Positions 1 to 12,375 of a stretch of 64,000 nt of DNA are shown one piece after another. The translations under genes were made by a program, and so were the position numbers. The stretch comes from Octopus bimaculoides. Taxonomy: Eukaryota. The notes under the pieces are model-generated. The model did no database searches, was not told the DNA's origin, and saw only the letters and a program-made list of their open reading frames with translations. Each line of letters begins with the position of its first letter. Position 1 is the first letter of the stretch. The DNA is taken from assembly GCF_001194135.2 (NCBI RefSeq), contig NC_068987.1:15946338-16010337 (forward strand). The letters are read 5' to 3'.

Positions 1-143
1 CCTGTGCTTGTGCCACGTAAAAGGCACTACTCACCTCACCTGTGCTTGTGCCACGTAAAAGGCACTACTCACCTCACCTGTGCTTGTGCCACGTAAAAGG
101 CACTACTCACCTCACCTGTGCTTGTGCCACGTAAAAGGCACTA
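1..143. repeat. Perfect 38-bp tandem repeat (3 full units + 1 partial; truncated by window edge)
   Basis: Unit CCTGTGCTTGTGCCACGTAAAAGGCACTACTCACCTCA at 1-38, 39-76, 77-114 and a partial unit at 115-143, all identical, no spacers. Confidence 0.97.
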
Positions 144-321
144 AGTCCACTCTGCTGAGTGGTTAGTGTTAGGAAGGGCATCCAGCTATAAAAATCCTGC
201 CAAAGCAGTCACAGAAGTCTGGTGCAGGCTTTGGCCAGGCTGGCTCTTGTGGGATTGTCCCACCCATGCTACCATGGAAGATGGACGTTAAACGATGATG
301 ATGATGATGATGATGATGATA
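144..321 (+). mobile_element. 3' part of a retro-element (SINE/LINE tail) ending in (GAT)n
   Basis: Ends ...CCCATGCTACCATGGAAGATGGACGTTAAACGATGATGAT; the same tail recurs at 27975-28078, 33110-33170 and in several SINE copies. Confidence 0.8.
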
Positions 322-816
322 TCCACACACCTACTCTTTCTCTCATGCAAACACGTACATTGTAGTACTAAATTCTTTTCAGTGTATTACCCCTCCCCCA
401 CACACGCACACTAGTCATCTGACGATAGGTCACAGCTTGATGCATAATGATACTATAAATTCTGAGAGTTATGTACTTAAATTATTATTTCAAAATTTAC
501 ATTCCATGTACTGTCTTAGGTGTCATGGCAAATGATAGATATCCATTTCTATCAATGTAAGACCATTTACAAGTCATTTTGAATGCATATTGGGTACTTG
601 TGCGGCAGTAAAATACCAGTACATTCCCATTCACATTAAATACATGCTAATTTTGCCATTATTCTGTAGTGCTTCTGGACTATCGTTGAAGAAGAAAATG
701 TTTTGCACCTTTTCTGATTCTTTTATACTTACACTATGTTGAGTTTGAATTTTCCAACCTCTTAATTCTTTATAAGTACATACATAATGTATTTGTGAAT
801 GTGTGTGCGCGTGCTC

Positions 817-818
<2 letters not shown>

Positions 819-888
<70 letters not shown>
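819..888. repeat. (TA)n microsatellite
   Basis: Uninterrupted TA run. Confidence 0.98.
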
Positions 889-890
<2 letters not shown>

Positions 891-1389
891 AACTGTTTTG
901 ATCTATACATGTAATTCCCAATAAATTGGTTGAGTGCCCTTCTTTCATTTGCCAACTCACTTGTGTATATATATATATATGAGTATATGCATATATATAC
1001 GTACATATATGTACATACCTACATCTACATGTATATATAGATGCATATCTGGGTACAGGACGTTGCAAAAAAACGTGGACAAAATGATAAACGGAGTACA
1101 GAAAACACACAGGCCACATAGAGAACATTTCCTTCATCAGCTGCCACCATTCTAAAACTAAGCGTTTCGAAGAGTTAGGGTGGGGCACATTGTTAGAATG
1201 GCTCTTCCCACAGACCACAAATTAAATTTAAATTAAATTTGTAACGTGGAGGAATGTAGTGGCAGACAGAAAACAAGACAGGAACACGAAACAGTGAAAA
1301 TAAACAAAAAAGGCTATACGGCCAGATGACTGTTGTACTTCATTCTTTCTTTGTATTGACCATATCATAATGCCTTGCTGTTGTACTCA

Positions 1390-1990
1390 AAGTCTGTTTG
1401 GTTATTTTGTTGGAGGATAATGGCACTTATCCTTTTGTTGATGCTTATTGATACATTCTTAATGATATTTGGTGAGTGATTAAAATGAATGTGGATGTAC
1501 AGGTTTACTTTGAGCTTGACATCCAAAAAGTGAAGTTTATAGTTGTAAGGTTTGCATTTGCCATTACAGTTATGCTGAATTTCTTAATATTTATAACAGC
1601 TCACACTATTCAAAGACATCAGTTTGTCTTACCCAACAGACATAAACCAACACCATAAACCTACTAGATCATATAATTTGTCCCCTTCAAAGTTCTCCAT
1701 ATTAGTATCAAAACTACCGATCAGATTGGAGGGATCTTCTTGTATGCATAACAATCTGCAAGTTGCTTTGTGTAATATTAATGTATCTTTTAGCCAAATT
1801 GATTGCTTTTTCAAAGGTTCCCCACTTATTGAAGAATAATAATCAACAATGTCAAATTGGATAAATTCATATTTGTTATCCATGTGTCCATCCATCATAT
1901 TGTTCATTATAGACTGCAATTCAGTTTCTTTTGCAAAACAACTTCTGACTTAACCAAACATTACTTATTGATCCAAATTTCGGGTTACCT
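1390..1990 (-). mobile_element. Degraded Penelope-like element reverse transcriptase fragment
   Basis: Minus-strand peptides in the expected order: FIQFDIVDYYSSIS (cf. FDIxxFYPSIS), GSFDTNMENFEGDKLYDLVGL (cf. FDVTMGSxDGAExCELVGL), FLDVKLKVNLYIHIHFNHSPNIIKN (cf. FLDVT...YIHxxSNHPPSIIK); stops and frameshifts present. Confidence 0.8.
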
Positions 1991-2589
1991 GTAGTTAATT
2001 TATTCATTTTCATTTCAAAATCAGATTTTTTTTAAAGAGCTGAGTATTTGTTTGAGGAGCAAGTTTGTGTCTGCCAAAGAAGAAAAAGCTGCTTCTTTTT
2101 TTTTTTAATAAAGTTTAATTAAATTGTCCAGTGCTCAAAGGAGGATGGTATCAATTCCTGCTAGTTATGTATGTTTAACAGATTAGTCATGTTCAGTGCT
2201 AACTCGTGTATTATACAATTACCAACTTGCTGTGATATTTGGTTTGAGTGGTTTACAACACGTATCATTAGTTTAAAAAAAAAAAAAACTTTTAGTTGGT
2301 TAAGGAAGCAACAATAATTACCTACTGTGAAATATGAGCCATGTTGAATCATTCATAAAAGCAATGGGGGAAAATCATCTTTGTTATTGGCTTTTTATAT
2401 ATTTTTCATGAGAGCGCTCACTGTCTCTAGTATTATTTGCATTCGCTGAGTGTTTTCTGTTGTTATTTATTTATAGGACAATCTTTAACGAACAGACATG
2501 ATCAAAGGAATTCCTGCTGTGACCACAAAAGTTTTGGGTATCAGGGATTATCCAAAAAAAAAAATAATAAAATAAAGAGGAGCAAAGGT

Positions 2590-2800
2590 CCTTTCCAAGC
2601 CAGAGGCTCATAAGGATAGTTTTCTGGATTCTGTGGCTTATATACTTCCCTGCTGGATGAGTTGCCAGCTCATTGCAGGCTTATTCAGTTTTGCTAGCTG
2701 GGTGGACTGGAGCAACATGAAATGAAGTATTTTGCTCAAGAGCACAACGTATCACCAGTCTAGGAATTGAAACCATAATCTTAGAATAATAACTCCTGCA
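2590..2800 (-). mobile_element. SINE family C copy (tRNA-like head, TTGAGCAAAA.ACTTCATTTCA..TTGCTCCAGTCCAC core)
   Basis: Plus strand reads GGACTGGAGCAACATGAAATGAAGTATTTTGCTCAAGAGCACAAC...GGAATTGAAACC; a related degraded copy lies at about 60400-60510. Confidence 0.6.
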
Positions 2801-4398
2801 TCTCCACACATCAGGTACTACACTATTGTTCAATATGTTTCTTTTTCATTGAGATGGTACTGTGTGATTTGAGGGAGATTTGGTTACTATTTCTAGCGGG
2901 CCATGAAATTGCATAGAGCTCACTTGTTGGTTTATATATTTTTTTATGTTAAACTGTGAGGAAATGCATTGCTGTTTCACTTAGTCTCTTCATCAATGTG
3001 AAAACAATTTCAAGCCAGGAAATTGGTGGTGACTCTTTTATCTACTACTTTATAGTAGGCTCTCTCTTAATTTTCTGTTAGTCTGTCACTACTTTTGACT
3101 ATTATGTAGTTTATTTATGTTTTTGAAGATGTAAGCAATATAAATAAACATCCGTTTTTTGATGATTGTTTTAATTAGAAACATCAAAAGTCTGAATTAA
3201 AGAATCTTCATTAATCAACCAAATATTTCCAGACACACCTGTTTGTAAGTTGTAATTCTCATAGTTTTCATCAATTGTTGGCATCTCACTAAGTACTTTA
3301 ATCTTCCAGTTTTGATAGAATATATTAGTGTTTTTTTGTTTTTTTTTGGCCTCCTGATTTACACAGGAAAATCATTGTCATAGACAAGAATATTAACCAT
3401 TAGAGAGACAGAAAAAAAAAAAACTAAAAAAACCGAGAGAGAAAAATTATTGTGAGAAAAAGTGCTTTTACTTGAAAATCATTTTTGATGAGGCTTTCTG
3501 TGTATTGCATCTAAGTTGGAACTTGTTGCTTTTACTTCATTCAAAACATGACAGCTTCTTTTTTCTTTATTAGAGGTTTCAAATCATAGGTTGTGAACAA
3601 CAGATTGCTTTCTCTCAGTTTCTCCATTTCTGATTGGTTGTCATACAATGAAAGTGAAGTACAGTACAGTATTGTGTGCAATTACTAATGACATTCAGTA
3701 TGAAAGTGTCAGAAAACTAGTCGAAAGAGTAAATCATCTTGAATTATTGTCAGTTAAATTTCTGCATTATACTCCAAGCTCAACTTGTGTGTTAAATTTT
3801 TTTTGTTTTTGCTTTTAATGTGTACACACTAACCAAAAATGATCTAGTAGTGTTGAGTTAATTTTTTGAACTGCTTCCCACGCCCTCACCTTTCAGTCCA
3901 GAAAATACATGTAAAAATGAGTAGAGTTATTTGTCAAATACAATTATATATATGTATATCATCATCATTTAACGTCCGCTTTCCATGCTGGCATGGGTTG
4001 GTCAGGACAACCCATGCCAACATGGAAAATATGTGTATGTATACTATACTAACCATAGACTATGTTTTTTCTATTGCAAGGCAAACGTACTAGTGTTTAA
4101 TATCAAAGAAATCAGTTTAGCACTGCTATAAATTCTGCTGTTCTTTTATTCCTTTAATTGTTTCAGTCACTTGGGTGTGGCCATGCTATGGCACCACCAT
4201 AAAGGGTTTAGTCAATCATAGCACTTCATTTTAGAGCAGCTTCTAACTATCTATTCAGCAGTAGTTTTATTTTATTCTATTATATATATATATTTTTTTG
4301 TTTTTGTGTGCATAGAGATTGGCAAGAAATTTAGGTAGTACATAGATTTCTTTTATGGCTGAATATCTTTTCCATTATTGGTTTATTATATTGAGCTA

Positions 4399-5240
4399 TT
4401 GGTTTGGCAAGAAAGTAATTTCGGTTTTTTAGTGTGAAATAAAAGTCATTTTTTTTTTAATACAAAGAATGAACTTCAATCAATTATATATTTTCTATTT
4501 TGTTCGCCGACATTCTGCCATCTTTCTGGCAACTTCATGATTCCACGCTCATAGAACTTCTGGTCCTTATCAGCCAAAAACTGAAGCAAGTGCGATTTCA
4601 AGTCATCATCATTTTTGAAAGATTTACCATTCAAAGAATTTTGCAAACTTCGAAATAAATGGTAATCTGTTGGTGTAGGGTCAGGGCTATATGGTGGATG
4701 TGACATCACTTCCCAACCAAGCTCCGATAATTTTTCATGAGTTAGCAAATACATGTGTGGTGTAGTGTAGTCATGGTGGAATACAATCCTTTATGATTTG
4801 CCAATTCTGGCTGCTTTTCTTTGATTGCTTTCTCCAGTTTCCTTAGTTGTTGACAGTAAACATCTGAATTGATCATTTGGTTCCCTGGAAGCAGCTCAAA
4901 ATACACAACATCTTTGTAATGTCACGAAATTGACGTGTGTTCTGTTAAGCAACCAACACCATAAACTTCATATATCTCTTTGTGAGCCTCAACAACTTTC
5001 TTGGCTTTATGGAAATTAAAAGGTAAAATATGGCGAAAATGTTCATTTTTGCACTCCATGTTAAAATTGACACTGAACTAACAGCTGTAAACAAAATTAC
5101 GTGTAATTTGCTTGTAAAGTAAGCTAAAAGTAACGGCTATCAAATGTCAAAAGGAAAAAAAATCATAACATTGACAATAGTCATTAAAAAAAATCGTAAC
5201 TCTATTTGCAATAAACGAAATTACTTTCTTGCCAACCCAA
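4399..5240 (-). mobile_element. Internally deleted mariner (Tc1/mariner) DNA transposon
   Basis: 25-nt TIRs TTGG(T/G)TTGGCAAGAAAGTAATTTCG at both ends (1 mismatch), TA at the left flank; N-terminus MECKNEHFRHIL from ATG 5059; catalytic motifs HHDYTTPH and HPPYSPDPTPTDYHLFRSLQN (ORF 4476-4754); middle of the transposase missing. Confidence 0.93.
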
Positions 5241-7050
5241 TTGTATATATACAAATTACTGTTTAGTAAAATTTAATATTTGAACACAAACCTATCAGTT
5301 ACTATTCATCACCTTTTGACACCTATTTCTAAGTTAAGAAAATTGAAGCAAGGCAAACAAAGTGCATTGTTGAAATAAAATGACTACTGAGATATGAAAT
5401 GAAGGCTGCTTGGAGGTACAACAGTACCTGAACTAGGGTTTTGAAAATTGTCTTTTGACGGGTCACAATACTGGATACAAAGTGATGATACCATAGTCGG
5501 TACCTCGTTGGTTTAGTCAGCCTGTGACTGTTACCGACAACTATATTTATTGTGTGGATACCATTTCTAAGTCTTAATTATATAATTTATTCAAGCGCAT
5601 CTCAACTGCAAAAAGCAATGCAGATGTTTATAATTACTAAATGGAAAAATAGATATTAATTTGAAATTGTGGTTGATAAACAGATAGATATTGTATATGG
5701 AAATTACTTATAAAACATTAATTTTTGTTGGATCATGCCCAATACTATTTTATTTCAAGTTTGTGTGCATACATACAATTTTATTATTTTGTATATTTCA
5801 TCCCCACCACATTCCACCAAACACTGCAGTTTAATTTCCAATTCCTTCTATCCCATGCCACTGCTAAGCACTGCAGTTTTATTTCCAATTTATTATGTTA
5901 GTATATAGTATTGATATTAAAATTATCATTAACAAGAATTTTTCATAGGTAGTTTTGTAAATTTAGTGAATCTACTCTTTTGTGTCACATCCACTTCTGC
6001 CAAATGGTTTAGGTGCAGAATGCTAAATGAACCATTGTCTGCCTTAGTTCTAATTATCATTATGAATATTTCATAATATAAACTATTTTCCATGGAGAAG
6101 CAATGTGTTTTTGAATAGTATCGTTAGAGAACTAGACTCTTAACAAGTGAAAAACGTTTGATAATTGTTTGCGTTGTTGAATTATTGGCAATTTTCTGAG
6201 TAAAAAGAAAAAGTAAATATTTATATGAATTGTTGCAAGATACTGCAAAGTTGATTGTTAAAGCAAATATATTGGACCAATCCATTTTCCAACGAGGGTG
6301 TTGCCATTTCTCATACACATTCTGAATATTTGTTTCTTTCCATTTTCTCTTGCTGTCTCTGAACTTTTATGTATTGCTGCAAGCATCATTGACAAGTTGG
6401 CACTAGTTTTATTCTGAAATTACTTTGTCATTATAGATTTTGTCATGTATACTAATATTGTTGTTTTTTATTATGTTGTTTTGCCCCAAGTCTGTCTGCC
6501 TTGATCAAGCACTCCTATGATTAAAGGCATTCTAACTGTAATCATTGTGTTTGTTTGCTTGTGTGTGCACACACGCGCAGTATACTCAAAACCAATGTGT
6601 CGGTTTTTAAGATGGTAGGGTGTGATTTGAAGGAGATTTGATTGGTATTTGTTGCAGTTACAGCAACCATATAGATGCTCCAACAAAGGAGTACTTTTGT
6701 AGATTAACTAACATTGTAGTTTATTTATTAACACTTATTGTAGAAAGTAGTTTTATATACCAGGCTGTATTCTGTTGAGGAGTGTCATGTTTGAAACTAT
6801 TTTTTGTTGAGATATGTCAAATTTATTGAGGCAACATAATTTGCAGAAAATGCAAGTTCTAATTTTTGGGTAGATATTTAACATCATTACTGAAATAGCC
6901 ATGAAATTTAATTCACTGTGAAAGGGTTATATATATATATATATATATTAACGTGTGTATTAATGTTTATTTTTATGTTCAGTTATAGTAATAACAATTT
7001 TACTGATAGGTTACTTTATACTTTTGTAGAGTACAAATTTATTATTTCTA

Positions 7051-7626
7051 AACAAGAATATTATTGACAATGACTTTGAGCTTTGGTCAGCTAAGCCATT
7101 GTAGGACTGTGATGGATTGAAGTTAATCTTGGTTTTATATAGTCTTCGTTGAGTTAAAATCTTCCTTGGGTAAATGGGTTTGAGCGGAGTGGTAATTAGT
7201 TTGTTGGGTGGGTTGTGGTAGAGAAGTGATTTGGAGAAGTTTTATTTCCAATAAAACTAGAAATAGCTAAAACTACTGGCACATGCTAGATCTACCTACA
7301 TCCATTTTGTGAACCACTAAAAAACAATCCCATGGTCTGAAGAGGACACACCTAAGCATACACACCTGCTCACAAAGTTCTACATGCATGAATAAATTCT
7401 AAACAATAACACAACTCCGAATTTAATCAATAAAAACTTCTCTAAAACACCCATCTACCACAACACACCCTACAACCTAAATACCACTCCACTGTAACCC
7501 ACACACCCAAAGAAGATTTTAACTCAATAGAGACTATTTAAAGCCAAGGTTAACCTCAAAGCATCACAGTCCAACAATAGCTTAGCTGGCTGAAACTTTA
7601 CAGACACTGTTAATAATATTCTTGTT
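7051..7626. mobile_element. Foldback/MITE-like element with ~195-bp terminal inverted repeats
   Basis: 7051-~7245 is the approximate reverse complement of ~7430-7626; termini AACAAGAATA...TATTCTTGTT, each flanked by TA. Confidence 0.85.
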
Positions 7627-8194
7627 TATATATGCGTGTAAAAGGCCAAGTAGAAATCTTGTTGAGCACCTTTGATTCTGTGCATCGTCAGCTCACCTAG
7701 TCATTTATAATGTTTCAAACCCAGGAATGCTCTCATGTTACATGCCTAGCTGGGGAAAAGCAATAGATAACCAGAAAACATTACTCAGAAAATGGTCAAC
7801 TTTTGATCTACATTATAGATCTTTAAAGTTTAACCACCCTGCTTTCTTTCATTTGTTTATTATATGGTGTTTTCCCATGCTTCTATAGATTGGATGTATA
7901 TGTTATTTGAGGCATTGTATTTTCATCTGGATTATTCTTACTGATCACTTATTTCACTTGGTTTTGAAGGTGTGAAGTGCCCAAATTTGTTGACTGGAAG
8001 AACTGATAACACTGCTCTCTGAACTTTCTTTCAAGCAATTGCAGCTGTAACAAACACAGGTACGCACATGCAAGTTCTTGTGTGCTTGTGTATGTGCACA
8101 CACATACATACACATAATCAGGAACATCTGATTACTGCAAGAAGTGTGTGCCACAAAAATATAGTAATATTCCAGTGTATAAATATATGTAAAA

Positions 8195-8510
8195 TGTTCT
8201 ATCCCACTGCATGGCACCTTGGGCTATAGCCTCTTGCACTATAGCCTCAAGCCAATTAAAGATTTGTGGGTGGATTTGGTAAATGGTAACTAAAAGAAGT
8301 GAAGGGGAATTATGTCATTGTCATGCAAATGGTGTCCTTTATATCCAGTCTTCCATGAAAATATGTTTGGCCAAGAAGAAGTAATTACATTACTTGGAAA
8401 CTAGCAAGGATTGGTGACAGGAAGGGCATCCAGCCTTAGAAAATCTGCCTCAACAAATTCTGTGTGATCCATGCAGGCATGGGAAAGTGAACATTATAAA
8501 GATATAAAAT
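8195..8510 (+). mobile_element. SINE family B copy, degraded, with tail of the (GAT)n type
   Basis: CCCACTGCATGGCACCTTGGGC...GTGGATTTGGTAAATGG core, then GGAAGGGCATCCAGCC...CCATGCAGGCATGGGAAAGTG. Confidence 0.7.
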
Positions 8511-9413
8511 AATAGCTTCTGAAAGTCCTTGTAAATACAGAAAAGAAATACGTGAATTGGATGCAATTTTATATTTTATGAGTTTATTGACTTATATCAG
8601 CGTAATAATTGTTTTGCTTTATAATATTGGAAAAGGGATGTTTGTTTCGATTTTTCCTCTTTGTGCATTTCCCCGTGGCAGCAGAGTGCATTGTTAACTT
8701 GTGTTCTTTCTACATCATTCTATATTCAGATTGGCTCCCATTTCATGTTTTCCCTTTCTCCTTCTTGTTTAACACCATCACCTCACTCACTCTGCTTGTC
8801 TTCTTTCACTCTCTTCTCTTTCTCTCTCTTCCCCTAGTTCATCTTCTGCAGTCAGCCTCTTTCCATTTCACCCTTGTTAGTTATGGTGCCCTGAACGAAT
8901 GAAAACATTGTAGATCAGTAAGAGATCTCTTTTGTCTTGCAGGGTGTTGCTACTTTGACAAAATGCACCCAGTGCACCCTCTAAAGTGGTACATAAATGA
9001 GCAGAAGCATTTAAGGGCTGACAGACCCTTTAGTTTTGTCTTGTCAAGGAAATGACTCCTTCTCTAGTGTTGATGTCAATACATTCTGTAAAGCGATCAA
9101 TTTTAGGAAGGTCATCCAGCTGCAGAAACCATGTTAAAATGTTTGAGAGAACATTAATTTCGAGTACGAACTGACTAAAACCATGACAGCATGGAAAGTG
9201 GACACACAAAAATTGTCTGTGTGTGTACACATGCATGCACACACACAATTGTATTTGATACTTACATAATAAATGCTTTGAGAGACATAACCATTGCCAC
9301 AATAGAAAAATATATGTTTAGTGTATCCAGTTACTTGTATACTTTTGTACCACTGTCATGTGACTATCCAACAATTTGGACAGTGTTCTTAAGTGGACTA
9401 ATCACAGTAGTTG

Positions 9414-9482
<69 letters not shown>
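9414..9482. repeat. Compound (CT)n-(CA)n microsatellite
   Basis: Direct reading. Confidence 0.97.
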
Positions 9483-9484
<2 letters not shown>

Positions 9485-10076
9485 TTACATTGCTAAAATA
9501 TAATTACCTTAATGTACCATATACATATTATGTGCAGTACAAGCTTTATGGAAAACCTAAACTAGGAAATTACTAAAATTTAGAGGGTAAAAATTACAAG
9601 TACCATACCAATGTACTAATAATTGTAAGTGGCTTTTACATTTTTTATTACCACTGATATTTATAACCTTGTCAGTCATGTTCAACTAGCAAATTTATGA
9701 TAGACACTTCTCTTGAGTACAAAAGATGGCTTCTGCTTAATATCCATGTTGATTGAATGTACATCAGTGAGATATGATACATATATTTTGTTTGTTGGGT
9801 GGCATGTTGGTAACTGAATAACCTAGTTATAAGGCTTTGAGATGTTTTTCAACCTGTAGACTCTTGAAATATATTTTATAGAGAACATAAATATGGTAAT
9901 GTTATTTTAAAATCTGCTTTGAAAGTTTGGGTAATGAAATAAACAAAAACAAAAGAAACTAACATTTAGGTAAAAAAAAATATTCTGAAATTTAAACAAG
10001 TAATTATATATATATATTCATTAGAACAGAAGAATATTGTCTGGATTTGGATCCATTTGACTGGTAGAATAGTTGA

Positions 10077-10339
10077 AGCAGCAAGCTGGCAGAATCGTTA
10101 GCACGCTGGGCGAAATGCTTAGCGGTATTTCCTTTGCTGCTACGTTCTGAGTTCAAATTCCGCCGAGGTCGACTTAGCCTTTCATCCTTTCGGGGTCGAT
10201 AAATTAAGTACCAGTTACGCACTGGGGTCGATAAATTAAGTACCAGCTACGCACTGGGGTCGATATAATCGACTTAATACCTTTGTCTGTCCTTGTTTGT
10301 CCCCTCTATGTTTAGCCTCTTGTGGGCAATAAAGAAATA
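10077..10339 (+). mobile_element. Young SINE family A copy with 11-bp target-site duplication
   Basis: tRNA-like head GCAGCAAGCTGGCAGAATCGTTAGC and B-box-like GAGTTCAAATTCC; CpGs retained; TSD AGAATAGTTGA at 10066-10076 and 10340-10350. Confidence 0.9.
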
Positions 10340-11703
10340 AGAATAGTTGATATGGTTTGCATTAGAAATAGGATAGAGCCTTAGAAACATTCATTAGGGA
10401 TATTTTATTTAATTTGTATTAAGAGAAATTAACTAACAAATAGTTAATTTCTTACATAATGCTTAGAAATTGTCACATGTTCTTTAGGCCTACTGAAATG
10501 TATTAATTGCTATCTTAAGATTATTGAACACAAAATATACTTTTGTGTAGGATAGTGTGAGTTTTCTGCGTTTCTTTTTTTTTTTAATGATGAGCCCCAG
10601 AATATGTTCTTTGCCATGACAAAGAAAAAAAAATTAAACAAAGGTGGGGAGGGGGCAGTTGACCATGGTAAATTTTTATTTCAGATTTGTTGAGATATTG
10701 CAGTTGACGCTGTAATGTTTCATCTGAGTTTAGCTGCCTGCATTAATTTTAATTCTACAAAATATAAATCAAATATAACATGCACATTACCTATGTGTAT
10801 GCATGTGTTTGTGTATGTGAATACATGTGTGTGCACATGCATGTATGTGTGTGTGATCATCTCTCACACACATGCAGAACAAGGAAAATTTTATATTACT
10901 AAGATAAGGTATATAAAACCGACCAGAGCTTCTTTTATGTACATCTGATTAAACTAGTGATTTTATATTTTCTGCAGACAGAAAAAAAAAAGAAGAAAAA
11001 AAAATTCTTTATATCTACAGTTAAAAAAGAAATAATTTATGTCTAGCATATATATGTGTATATAAATATTTTTTGTTTATAAATATTACCAATTGTAGTC
11101 TTCTGGTTCCTTAAAGTATTGATGACCTATAGCTTCAAGATTAAAAAAAAAAGAGAAAGAAAGAAAGAAAGAAAAGATAAAAGAAAACGATCTGTTTTGT
11201 ATTTTTGTGTGGAGTAGGAGGTTGGAAAAACAGGTATAGCAGAAATACTAAATAGCTGTTGCGCAATACAGTTGAATTGTCACTGTGACCTGATACTGAG
11301 CAAGCTGTAGGATTTCCTGCTATTCAACTGAAATAGATATTTTTTTCCCCCCCTCTTTTTCTTCTTATTTGTTTTGTCTTGTAGTGGATAGACAGATAAT
11401 ATCAAATGAAATACAGTGCTGTTGGAATAATAGGCTGCTGTGTTTCTTCATTTTAGATTTTGTGGAAAATAATAACATAGGTTTTTGTTGTTATTGCTTT
11501 TTATTGTCTCCTGCATTGGAGAAACAATATTTTCTTTATGGAGTTGATTTAAAAGAAAAATTGTCTTATTGTCAAAGACTTTATTGGTTTATTATGAGTA
11601 TATTGTTTAAAAGCAGAAGAGTAGATGACTATGAATAAGTGCATGCACACATTTGAAACGCTCATAATAGCACTGAACTTTTCTCTTTAATTTTTATTAT
11701 TTA

Positions 11704-11742
<39 letters not shown>

Positions 11743-12318
11743 TGTGTGTATGTATATGTATGTCATTTACTTTTTTTATTTTGAGGTTTAATATATAATA
11801 TTTTAAAAATTGTTCAAGTGATCTTTTATTGATATTTTCATGTGTGTATGTCTCAAGTATTATTTGGAGGAAGCTCACAATATGTTGTTGCTGTTTCACT
11901 TCCCAGTTGTAGTTATTTCATTCCATTCGCTTTGCTGATGTTCGAGAGAAAGGCATGAGTTCTGTCATGCATTTTTATTTGCTTTCTCTTACATATCCTG
12001 TGTTTGTCAGAAATCATTGTTTCCTTGTGTGTTGTTATTGTCATTACAAACCAATAAGTTTGTTAAATAGGGAGGAAATATTACATATGTGACTGTTTCA
12101 AATTCAGTCCCTCCCCCCAATCTTTTCAGAAAGATCTATTCTTGAACAAAATTATATTCCTTTGTTGTGATGTAGCTGATTCTCATGGAAATTTTTACTG
12201 ATTGGTCTCTCAAATTTTGCATCTAATTAGATAGCATCAGTCTTCACAATATTAAAAACTAGATACACTCCTTTGAAAATGTTACTTGCATGTAAGATCA
12301 TGAATGTATGCATAAGTA

Positions 12319-12329
<11 letters not shown>

Positions 12330-12370
<41 letters not shown>
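12330..12370. repeat. (CA)n microsatellite
   Basis: Direct reading. Confidence 0.97.

Positions 12371-12375
<5 letters not shown>

Noticed and set aside
1-143. CRISPR-like array
   Set aside because: Units are contiguous and identical with no spacers; eukaryotic context.
631-1218. 195-aa ORF and the other YIYI/THTH/CVCV/SLSL ORFs
   Set aside because: Open frames are produced by microsatellites; no protein similarity recognisable.
2477-2537. Exon candidate (ttatag ... GG|gtatca)
   Set aside because: Its core matches the short dispersed repeat also seen at about 6483 and 51915.
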